Assembly: GCA_904063045.1 (NCBI GenBank)
Contig: CAJFCJ010000006.1
Location: 5,224,408-5,288,407, forward strand
Source of the DNA: Dimorphilus gyrociliatus
Lineage: Eukaryota; Animalia; Annelida
Length of the DNA stretch: 64,000 bases
Direction of reading: 5' to 3'
The notes beneath the pieces are model-generated. The model was not told the DNA's origin and searched no databases. It saw only the letters and a program-made list of their open reading frames with translations. Position numbers and translations under genes: made by a program. Positions 63,912 to 64,000 of this stretch are shown piece by piece. Each line of letters starts with the position of its first letter. Positions within the stretch are counted from its first letter, which is position 1.

Positions 63912-64000
63912 CAATTGTATTAAAATAAAATGTCATGGTTTAGATAGTTCTAAATCCTTTTCAAGTTTCAAATAATATTCCGAAACTTGATTTAATTGAT

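Overview
AT-rich, very gene-dense eukaryotic (invertebrate animal) DNA with short GT-AG introns, mostly about 55-130 nt. I can support 25 protein-coding genes, in order: RABGGTA (runs off the left edge), PARS2, a non-catalytic neuroligin-like cholinesterase, TDG, FAM20B, CENPV/GFA, SEC62, HIRA, a TSSK kinase, IAH1, a CYP4-clan P450, NSUN4, an SLC43 transporter, a FAM187-like two-Ig membrane protein, PUS10, PCGF1, DNAL4, POC5, a TRPM channel, a 2384-aa NACHT-LRR protein, a trypsin-fold protease homologue, muskelin, ABCD4, eIF3L and NDUFA6. The compaction and gene content suggest a miniaturised lophotrochozoan genome such as the annelid Dimorphilus (inference only). I found no tRNA, rRNA, CRISPR array or transposon. 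The strongest novelty candidate is a phase-consistent 8-exon model (29780-33122, 935 aa) that fuses a FAM187-like Ig-Ig ectodomain and TM helix to a cytoplasmic rhodanese domain lacking its catalytic Cys. Several other genes look like pseudoenzymes: NSUN4 without the motif-VI nucleophile Cys, a TSSK with VAVK changed to VAVR, and a protease homologue missing His and Ser. Also notable are the single-exon NLR with about 50 LRRs, a HIRA with a long acidic tail, and a TRPM with a TRPM2-type filter but no enzyme domain. Family assignments come from motif recognition from memory, with no database search. Exon boundaries were read by hand.
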